Source: an uncultured Haloferula sp.
GTDB taxonomy: Bacteria; Verrucomicrobiota; Verrucomicrobiia; Verrucomicrobiales; Akkermansiaceae
Length of the DNA: 64,000 nucleotides
Assembly (NCBI GenBank): GCA_965652295.1
Contig: CBFGTS010000004.1
Location: 64,001 to 128,000 of the forward strand
Reading direction: 5' to 3'
Shown here: piece by piece, positions 1 through 7,415 of the stretch
How positions within the stretch are numbered: position 1 is the first letter of the stretch
Layout: each line of letters opens with the position of its first letter
Made by a program: the position numbers and the translations under genes
Notes under the pieces: generated by a model
Databases searched by the model: none
What the model was told of the DNA's origin: nothing
The model's input: the letters and a program-made list of their open reading frames with translations, nothing else

Positions 1-344
1 GGGATTCGATCTTCTGGGTTCACGGAGCTCCGGTCGGGATTGAGAAACAATATGCCAGGGTCATAGGCCACATGGTGGAGCTCGCCTTGGCAACCGTTGC
101 GGATGCAGGCCTGAGGAGTCCGGAGTTTCGGGAGCTGGCCGAGGGCTTCCGCCGCAGGGCGGAGGAAGTGGTTCGATACCACGTGTCGGCCGCCGAATAC
201 CGCGAACTGCGGGAGCGGAAGACGTGGTCGAGCTGGTTCCAGTGTCAGAGGATCCGTCGCGAAAGACGGGCGATCCGCCGACGGACGCTGGCCTTCCGGG
301 AATCAGCGCGGGAGTTGCTCAAGAACCTCCCAAAAGGCGCCTGA
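1..344 (+). CDS. 5'-truncated CDS, C-terminal part of a probable glycosyltransferase/LPS-cluster protein
   Basis: Frame is open from position 3 to TGA at 342-344. The function is guessed from context only. Confidence 0.45.
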   Translation, partial: DSIFWVHGAPVGIEKQYARVIGHMVELALATVADAGLRSPEFRELAEGFRRRAEEVVRYHVSAAEYRELRERKTWSSWFQCQRIRRERRAIRRRTLAFRESARELLKNLPKGA

Positions 345-996
345 GTTTCGACTTCTTGCGCTTCTGGTGTTTCCGGGCGTCGCCTGCGACCTTCAGCCAA
401 TCGACGCCATGACGATGGACATGATCGGCAAGCGGCGCGCGGAGTGCTTCCGGATAGAAGGCGATGATGTCGTCGAATACGGCGAGCCGGTGACCGTTTC
501 CGATCGCGATAAGAGCTAGAAAAATCTCATGAATATCCGGCCAGTCGCTGACATGATGGGGTGCCGGTGGAGTGGAGAGGTAGAGGCGTGCGTCGTCGAT
601 CAGCACCACGCTCTTCGGGTGCAGCGTGCCGATTGCCGCGATCTCTTCCAGCAGCGGGCTTTGGGAATCTTCCCCTGCGGTGTTGTCCGCGCTGCACCAG
701 TGAGCATCCAGCCAGTAGAGAACCGCCCGGTCTTGGAGGGTCGGCGATAGCTCCATGAGCATGTCGGGTGAGGAACCCAGCATCAGGTGGATGCCGGGTT
801 GGTTCGCGAAGCGCGCTTCCGCCGCGGAATGAAGCTCGGGCGAGAGTTCGACCGAATGACACTCTGCAAAATGTTGGCGGGCCATATCGAGCGTGTCGCC
901 ACGGAAGGTCCCGGTCTCGACGAAACAGGAAGGCGAGAGGTGGGTCTTGACCAGCTCGACCAATCGTTCGTCCAGAGAAAAGTGAATCGCGCCCAT
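319..996 (-). CDS. Class I SAM-dependent methyltransferase-like protein
   Basis: Motifs FVETGTFRGDT, SVELS, WLDAH, VLIDDAR. Start placed at ATG 996 (MGAIHF). Confidence 0.75.
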   Translation of the reverse strand: MGAIHFSLDERLVELVKTHLSPSCFVETGTFRGDTLDMARQHFAECHSVELSPELHSAAEARFANQPGIHLMLGSSPDMLMELSPTLQDRAVLYWLDAHWCSADNTAGEDSQSPLLEEIAAIGTLHPKSVVLIDDARLYLSTPPAPHHVSDWPDIHEIFLALIAIGNGHRLAVFDDIIAFYPEALRAPLADHVHRHGVDWLKVAGDARKHQKRKKSKLRRLLGGS

Positions 997-1093
997 GAGG
1001 GCGGCGACGCTAGGCGGCGGCGGGGGCGATTGCAAGTCGGGTGAGAAAATCCTCTTGGTCGAGCCACGGCGGCCGTCTTAGATTTCGGGCTCG

Positions 1094-1711
1094 ATGAATT
1101 GGCTCAGAGAGTTCAAGGAGCGGAGGAAGTTCCGCAAATGGAAGGCCGAAGGCCGCCCGGATCCGCCGCCACCACTCGCCAAGCGCGAGATGCTGGTGGA
1201 TTACGCCACACGCCATGGCCTCCGCTATTTTGTGGAGACCGGCACTTTCAAGGGGGACACGGTGGAGGCGATGCGCCGGCACTTCGACGGCGTGTGGTCG
1301 ATCGAACTTGCTCCTCATTTCTACCAGGACGCCGTCCGGCGTTTTGAAGGGGCTTCCAACGTCAAACTCCTCCAAGGCGACAGTGGCAAGAAGATGGCGG
1401 AGATCGTGGTCCAGCTTCAAGGGCCGACCTTGTTCTGGCTCGATGGCCACTATTCCGGTGGGAACACCGCTCAGGGTGACCTCAAGTGTCCGGTCTGGGG
1501 GGAACTTGAGGCGATCTTCGCCGGATGCGCCCATCCGTTCGTCGTTTTGATCGACGACGCCCGCTGCTTCGTCAACGAAGGGGCCGAAGATTATCCAGCT
1601 GTCGGCGACATTGAGAAATGGGTAGAGGGTCGCCGCCCTGACTTGGGAATCGAAGTGGCGATGGACTGCATCCGGATCGCTCCGCGGGAGAGAGTCAGGA
1701 GTGGCTCCTGA
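1094..1711 (+). CDS. Class I SAM-dependent methyltransferase-like protein (paralog of 319..996)
   Basis: FVETGTFKGDT, SIELA, QGDS, WLDGH, VLIDDAR. Confidence 0.75.
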   Translation: MNWLREFKERRKFRKWKAEGRPDPPPPLAKREMLVDYATRHGLRYFVETGTFKGDTVEAMRRHFDGVWSIELAPHFYQDAVRRFEGASNVKLLQGDSGKKMAEIVVQLQGPTLFWLDGHYSGGNTAQGDLKCPVWGELEAIFAGCAHPFVVLIDDARCFVNEGAEDYPAVGDIEKWVEGRRPDLGIEVAMDCIRIAPRERVRSGS

Positions 1712-2564
1712 GTTCGCGGAGGAACGCCTCCAAGGCTGACGGCTGGTCCAGTTGGTCCCTCGTCAGCCACCCACGGAGGCACGGATGCCAGAAGGGTTCG
1801 TAAATCACCCTGCCTCCGCCGATCACTCCCGCAAGGTAGCTGAAGGTGCTCTTGGCGGTGAAGAGGATGTCGGCCGTCGCAAGGTGGTGGAAGGTGGTGA
1901 AAACATCCTCATCCAGATGCAGGGCGGCATCTCGGGCGAGGTATGCAGAAAAGTCGTCCTCGCGCCCTTGGGAATAAACCTCCACCTGCACTTTGCAGGA
2001 ACCCAGGGCCTCCACCAGCCGGTCCAGTGCCGCAAGGGTGTCGTCATCGGCGGTGAATCGTTCGGCGTGTTTGCCGTGCGCACTGACATCGCCCCGACGG
2101 AGGTGCAGTGCGATCGAGACCGTTCTCTTCGGGCGAGACAGCCGGGGTTTCGGGCTTGAGTGGTATTTTTTCCTCAAGTCTCCAGCGATCAGCCGCCATT
2201 GGTCCGGCAGGTGGTCGGTGACCTTGTGGCAGTGGGCGATCTGGTGGAGGGTCCGCGAGCGGGGAAAGAAACCGCGATGAGGTTTCCGAACTTCCCGAAT
2301 GGCGAGGCCGCGTGCGATCAAGTCGGACGCTGGGGTCTCTCCTTGACCGAGGTTGAAAAATCTTTCCCAGGACGCCGCCCACTCGCCGGCCGGGATGTCA
2401 TCCGGACGATGCGCGACGTCGCACAGCGGCGTGTGTGCGTATGTCAGGCCCGTGCTGCGGGCGAAGATCATGGTCGAGATCTGGGCCGCTATCTGAGCCC
2501 CCCCTCCGTCGGTTCGTCCGGCGCAGGTGACGTAGGCGTGCTTGGGTCGTAAGAGGCGGAACAT
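1695..2564 (-). CDS. Alpha-1,2-fucosyltransferase-like (GT11/GT-B) glycosyltransferase
   Basis: N-terminal DGGGAQ loop, HLRRGD GDP-sugar-binding motif, STFSY motif. Confidence 0.65.
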   Translation of the reverse strand: MFRLLRPKHAYVTCAGRTDGGGAQIAAQISTMIFARSTGLTYAHTPLCDVAHRPDDIPAGEWAASWERFFNLGQGETPASDLIARGLAIREVRKPHRGFFPRSRTLHQIAHCHKVTDHLPDQWRLIAGDLRKKYHSSPKPRLSRPKRTVSIALHLRRGDVSAHGKHAERFTADDDTLAALDRLVEALGSCKVQVEVYSQGREDDFSAYLARDAALHLDEDVFTTFHHLATADILFTAKSTFSYLAGVIGGGRVIYEPFWHPCLRGWLTRDQLDQPSALEAFLRELRSHS

Positions 2565-2579
2565 GGCGGCAGGAAATTC

Positions 2580-3434
2580 TCAGCAATCCAGAATGCCCGC
2601 GTCGATCAGACGGGAGAGTGCCAGCGGCATCAGGGCTTGGGAGAGGTGGATTCGGTCCGGAAGAAATTCCAAAGAAGGTCTGGTTTGAAGATCGTGCCAC
2701 TGATTCGCCAGCGAGACCGCAGGAATCCCTTCCGCCCGGCACTGGGCTTGGAGCACTTGAATGTAAGCGAGCGTAATATCACGGCGGAGTTCCCAACTCC
2801 CGACGAAAGGAAAGTCGCCGATGTCGAGCCGCTCGTCCTGCGGAACCACGGTGGGAGGACCCCAGACGGCCGGACGGAAGCCGAGATCGCGAAGCATGCG
2901 CGGGAGCTTGAGGAAGGAATCGGCCGTGGATTTCACCACTTTTTCCTGGGGTTGACCTTCCTTCACGAGCCGCGGCAGGTGAACTCGGCAATCGATTTCA
3001 CCGAAGCAGAGGAGGACCGTTGAGCCCGGGGGAATGCTCGTCTTCAGCAGCTTCCGGATTTTTTCCAGTGAGCGGCTGGTTGATCGAGGAAATGCTGCCC
3101 GGAAGGCAGTGGCCGGGCCGAGGTGCCAGGTGCGGAAACAGGGAAGCAAATCCGGTCCTCGGTTGATCCACCGTTTGCGGAAGACGCCGATTTTCACCTC
3201 TCTCGTCAGGTGGAACCGCTCGGCTCCGGCAAAAAAGAGTGTGTGGCTATCGCCCACGCAGTGGACGGCTCTGAGAGGTCTTCGGGGCGGGCGGCCCAGA
3301 TGATGTTCAAGCAGCCTCATGCCAGCCTCGCGGAAGTCGGCATCTTGGATTCTTCGGGCGCATGATTCCTGCCGGCTGGCAAGAGTCTCGATGACCTCGG
3401 CTAGATCTTTCGACAGCGGAGCAACTGGGATCAT
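2580..3434 (-). CDS. SGNH/GDSL hydrolase-family protein (possible glycan O-acetyl modifier)
   Basis: VGDSH block I, GEID block III, DRIHLS block V. ATGA overlap with the upstream gene at 3431-3434. Confidence 0.7.
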   Translation of the reverse strand: MIPVAPLSKDLAEVIETLASRQESCARRIQDADFREAGMRLLEHHLGRPPRRPLRAVHCVGDSHTLFFAGAERFHLTREVKIGVFRKRWINRGPDLLPCFRTWHLGPATAFRAAFPRSTSRSLEKIRKLLKTSIPPGSTVLLCFGEIDCRVHLPRLVKEGQPQEKVVKSTADSFLKLPRMLRDLGFRPAVWGPPTVVPQDERLDIGDFPFVGSWELRRDITLAYIQVLQAQCRAEGIPAVSLANQWHDLQTRPSLEFLPDRIHLSQALMPLALSRLIDAGILDC

Positions 3435-4354
3435 GCAACGACGGTCCAGCCCGGAGCGAGCCACTCCGGCCCATTCTGTTTTCCCACCAGAACCAGATCC
3501 ACGTGGACCCGTTCGGCGTCACCATGCAAGTTGGGAAGGTCGGTGAAGCGGGCAACTTTCGTGAGTGTACGGCCCTTGATCGAGACCACTCGGAAGGTTT
3601 CGAAATGCTGCTGGAGCCAGGAGAGGTAAGCGTCGGGGTCTTCGCCCGCCCATCGGATGTATTGGCCGTCGAACTCGATGAAGCCGATGACGAGGGAGGC
3701 GTTCGAGAGAGTCTGCACGAAGCCCTTGAGCGCACGGCTTTCGTAACCCTCGATGTCCATTTTGAACAACAGTCTCGCTCCATCCGCAAGGTCGGCCGGA
3801 ACCACTGAATCGACGGTTCTCGCGGGTAGCTTGAATTCCAGCGATTCGGGGCGGTCGTTGAGTTCCTTGACCGCCGATGAGCTGCCACTCCAGTCGGGGT
3901 TCACGAGAAAGGGGACGTTTTCGGCAGGCTCGTCGGAGACGAGGCAGTGGGTGATGGTCATCCTCTCCCGAGCCGGATGGGTCTCACGGCTTCTCATCAA
4001 ATGAGGAATCAGCCGCGGGTTGGCCTCGAATCCGTAAAGACGGGTGGCTTGCGGATAGTCGGTGCCGAAGAGGCACTCACCGTAATTCAGACCGACATCG
4101 ACCACGAGGCTGGGTTGCAGGTGGGGCACGAAATCACGCCAGAAGACCAGGTTATCGGAGACTTTTCCCCGCAAGGGCTCTTCCACCACCTTTTTCCGAG
4201 CGCAGGGGTCGCCGGGATCGATGTAAATCCAATGCGGGCTGCCGTGAAGCCGCGCCCTCTTGGGCTTGAGGGTGCCATATCGAATCAGGGTGAGCGGCTT
4301 GAGGTAGGCGCTCTTGAAGGCCTTTTCGAAGCGTTTGGACAGGCTGACTTTCAT
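3431..4354 (-). CDS. FkbM family methyltransferase
   Basis: VDVGLNYG, GFEANP and KMDIEGYE motifs. Start placed at ATG 4354. Confidence 0.85.
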   Translation of the reverse strand: MKVSLSKRFEKAFKSAYLKPLTLIRYGTLKPKRARLHGSPHWIYIDPGDPCARKKVVEEPLRGKVSDNLVFWRDFVPHLQPSLVVDVGLNYGECLFGTDYPQATRLYGFEANPRLIPHLMRSRETHPARERMTITHCLVSDEPAENVPFLVNPDWSGSSSAVKELNDRPESLEFKLPARTVDSVVPADLADGARLLFKMDIEGYESRALKGFVQTLSNASLVIGFIEFDGQYIRWAGEDPDAYLSWLQQHFETFRVVSIKGRTLTKVARFTDLPNLHGDAERVHVDLVLVGKQNGPEWLAPGWTVVA

Positions 4355-4407
4355 CGGACGGATTGCGCAGCGTGTGGGGGGCGGATCAGTGTGTCGAGGG
4401 GGAACCA

Positions 4408-5475
4408 TCAAGTTGGAGCGGGAGCCTCCGGTTCTTCGGGAGGGCGTGATTTCGTGATCCCGCAAAGGCTCGCACACCACCAATCTTCGTTGGTGAGATA
4501 CCAACGGACAGTATCCCGGAGGGCGGAATCAAAGTCCCGGCGGGGGCTCCAACCCAGTGCGGTTCGAATTTTTGAGGTGTCGAGACCGTAACGCCGATCG
4601 TGTCCCGGGCGGTCTTCGACAAACTGGATGAGCTCCTTGTAGGAGGAGAGGCCAGGGGGACATTGGTCCAGAACGAATTCGTCGAGGATGCCGCACAGCT
4701 GGGTGACCAGATCGAGATTTCGCATTTCATGGCCGCCGCCCACATTGTAGGTTTCGTCGGGTTGTCCACTCTCAAGGATGAGCGCCAATGCCTCGACGTG
4801 GTCGGCTACATGGAGCCAGTCCCGGATTTGTTTGCCGTCGCCGTAAATGGGAAGGGGCTGACCTGAAATGGCACTTAGGATCATGCGAGGAATCAGCTTC
4901 TCGGGATGCTGACGAGGGCCAAAACAGTTTGAGCTGTGGATAACGACGGCAGGGAGACCGTAGGTGTTGGACCATGCGCGTACGAGGTGATCGGAACCGG
5001 CTTTGCTTGCAGAGTAGGGCGAGCGTGGCAGGTAGGGGCTGGACTCGGTGAATGCCGGGTCTCTGGGGCCCAGGTCGCCGAAAACCTCGTCGGTGGAGAC
5101 ATGAACGAGGCGGAAGGTGGAGTGTTCAGCGAATCGGCTACGCGAAACTTCGAGAAGCGTGTGGGTGCCCAGGATGTTGGTGCCGATAAACTCGCGCGAG
5201 GCCATGATGGAGCGGTCCACGTGAGACTCGGCGGCGAGGTGGATGACGGCGTCTGGCTGAAAGTCCTGAAAAGCACGGTTAAGACCGTCGAAGTCCGAGA
5301 TGTCGACCTGCCGGAACTGGTAGCGGGGGTGTTCCCCGTAAACCGCGAGGGATGCCGGATTGGCCGCGTAGGTCAGCTTGTCGATATTCAGGACCTCATG
5401 CCCAGTGCGTTCCAGAAGATGGATCACCAAGGCACTGCCGATGAAACCGCTGCCGCCGGTGACGATCACTTTCAT
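4408..5475 (-). CDS. rfbB: dTDP-glucose 4,6-dehydratase
   Basis: TGGSGFIG, DKLTYA, HLAAESHVDRSI, STDEV, YSASKA, DRPGHDRRY. Confidence 0.95.
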   Translation of the reverse strand: MKVIVTGGSGFIGSALVIHLLERTGHEVLNIDKLTYAANPASLAVYGEHPRYQFRQVDISDFDGLNRAFQDFQPDAVIHLAAESHVDRSIMASREFIGTNILGTHTLLEVSRSRFAEHSTFRLVHVSTDEVFGDLGPRDPAFTESSPYLPRSPYSASKAGSDHLVRAWSNTYGLPAVVIHSSNCFGPRQHPEKLIPRMILSAISGQPLPIYGDGKQIRDWLHVADHVEALALILESGQPDETYNVGGGHEMRNLDLVTQLCGILDEFVLDQCPPGLSSYKELIQFVEDRPGHDRRYGLDTSKIRTALGWSPRRDFDSALRDTVRWYLTNEDWWCASLCGITKSRPPEEPEAPAPT

Positions 5476-6599
5476 GGAGAAACCGAGTTGGCTGATAGGC
5501 TCAGATGCAGCCTTGCGATCACATCCTCCATTTCCGGCAGGCGCTTTTCGATGGCGCTGACGAGGGCGAACTGGGCGCGGCAGCGGTCGAGATTGTGGCC
5601 GGGGCGGTGGGTTTTGAAATAGCGGTCGCCGTCGAGGAAATCGGTCAGAAAACGGATGCCGCATTCCAAGGCGAGAAGCTTGCCGGAGAAGGCGAGGTGG
5701 TCGATTTCCTCCGGGAGCAGAAACGAGGAAGCCGTGGCCAGATAACCACGGGTGAGCGCCTCGAAGCGGTTCATGCGAAGGTCGATGCGCGCGAGTTCGG
5801 CCTCGTCCTCACGGGTGGTCGGGCAGGTGGTGCGGACCATGTCGCCGAAGTCGTACAGCACCGAGCCGGGCATGGTGGTGTCGAGGTCGATCACGCAAAT
5901 CCCTTCCGCCGTGACTTCATCCAGGAGGACGTTTCCGAGCTTGGTGTCATTGTGGGTGACGCGTTCGGGGATCCGCCCGGCGGCGATGAGGTCGGTGATG
6001 ACCCGGCAATCCGCCTCGCGCGCGACCGCGAAGTCGAGCTCGGCTCCTACTTTTGCCAGTCGGCCGGGCTCCGCATTCGCTGCGGCTTCCCTCAGCGCAG
6101 CCAGACGCTTCGGCGTGTGGTGGAAGTCGGGGATGGTCTCCCGCAGGCGTTCGCCGCCGAGATCAGCGGCCAATTTCTGGAATTCGCCAAAAGCTTTGGC
6201 GGCCTCCTCCGCCTGGCGCAGGTTCTCGATTTCGTCATAGCCTCGCGCACCCTCGATGAAGGGGAAGGTCCGCCAATACCGCCCTTCGGCATCGATCGCC
6301 CACGGTCGGCCTTCCGCGGAGGGCACAAGAACCAGGGTCCGCCGGTGGGCTTCGGGATGGCCTTCATCAAGGAGCCGGGCGAGGGAGTGGCGGGTGACCC
6401 GGTCGATGTTCTCCATGAGCCCCTCCGGGTCTTGGAAGACGTGCGAGTTGATCCGCTGGTGGATGAAGCGGACCTCGCGACCGGATTGGTTGTAGGTGGC
6501 GCAGAAGGTGTCGTTGATGTGACCGGAACCATACGGACGGGCTTCGATGAAATCCGCGCGCATGTCGAAAAGGCCGGCGATCGCTTGCAAGTCCTGCAC
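5472..6599 (-). CDS. Aminoglycoside-phosphotransferase-fold sugar kinase (N-acetylhexosamine 1-kinase/NahK-like)
   Basis: GSGHINDT, HNDTKxxN and IDLDT motifs. GTG start; stop overlaps the rfbB ATG. Confidence 0.8.
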   Translation of the reverse strand: MQDLQAIAGLFDMRADFIEARPYGSGHINDTFCATYNQSGREVRFIHQRINSHVFQDPEGLMENIDRVTRHSLARLLDEGHPEAHRRTLVLVPSAEGRPWAIDAEGRYWRTFPFIEGARGYDEIENLRQAEEAAKAFGEFQKLAADLGGERLRETIPDFHHTPKRLAALREAAANAEPGRLAKVGAELDFAVAREADCRVITDLIAAGRIPERVTHNDTKLGNVLLDEVTAEGICVIDLDTTMPGSVLYDFGDMVRTTCPTTREDEAELARIDLRMNRFEALTRGYLATASSFLLPEEIDHLAFSGKLLALECGIRFLTDFLDGDRYFKTHRPGHNLDRCRAQFALVSAIEKRLPEMEDVIARLHLSLSANSVSP

Positions 6600-6705
6600 G
6601 GCCCGGATCGTCGGCCGGAGACGCGGGAGATCACAAGAGAAACCGAGCGGCCGGGTGGGGGTGTTTTCGATTGCTTCCCGCCGCCGGGCGCGGGAATTTT
6701 CACGG

Positions 6706-7371
6706 ATGTTTCTGAAAGGCTTCCGAGATCTGGTGAAAGCGTCCTGGGTGAAAATCCTGGAGGAGTTGAAATACTCCGGCGGGCTGCCGGTGCCGGAGTT
6801 GCAGCGGCGGCTTGGGGGCAGCTACATGGGCATCAAGGACCAGTGCGAGGCATTGAAGGCCCGCGGCTATCTGGAAACGTGGCGGGTGCCCCGGACCGAG
6901 GTCGGACGCCCGGAAATCATGTACCGGCTGGCGCTGAAGGCGGACGGTCTTTTTCCCCAAGCGGGCACGGAAGTGTCGATGGATCTTCTTGATGCCGCCC
7001 GGAAGATCTATGGGGACACCGCTCCGGAGCGGCTGTTGCTCCAGTATTTCGAGAATTTGAGGGAAAGCTGGCAGCCACGGCTGAGCCGGGCGAAATCCCT
7101 GGTGGAAAAGGCCACGATCCTTTCCTCCCTGCGGGAAAAAACCGGCTGCTTCAGCCGCTGCAAGTACGATGCCGACCGGGGTTTCCGAATCGAGGAATAC
7201 CATCATCCGCTCCACGAAATCCATCAGGCGTATCCCAATGCCATCCAGTTCGAGCTGCGGATGATGGAGGAGCTTCTCGGAAGCCGCGTGGTGCGCCGCG
7301 AGATTCCCGGCGGCCGCGGCGGACCGGCGAGGGTGGACTACGAAGTGGCGACGCTGGGAGTCCGTGAATAA
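6706..7371 (+). CDS. Winged-HTH transcriptional regulator, SufR/COG2345-like
   Basis: N-terminal wHTH with 'GRP..Y.L...A..LFP' signature. Start placed at ATG 6706. Confidence 0.75.
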   Translation: MFLKGFRDLVKASWVKILEELKYSGGLPVPELQRRLGGSYMGIKDQCEALKARGYLETWRVPRTEVGRPEIMYRLALKADGLFPQAGTEVSMDLLDAARKIYGDTAPERLLLQYFENLRESWQPRLSRAKSLVEKATILSSLREKTGCFSRCKYDADRGFRIEEYHHPLHEIHQAYPNAIQFELRMMEELLGSRVVRREIPGGRGGPARVDYEVATLGVRE

Positions 7372-7415
7372 AGTGATCCTTCCCCGGGTCTGACGAACCG
7401 AACCTTGTTCCGCCT

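Noticed and set aside
5472..6599. Aminoglycoside resistance kinase
   Set aside because: Motifs (GHINDT, HNDTK, IDLDT) and context fit the NahK-like sugar kinase subfamily.
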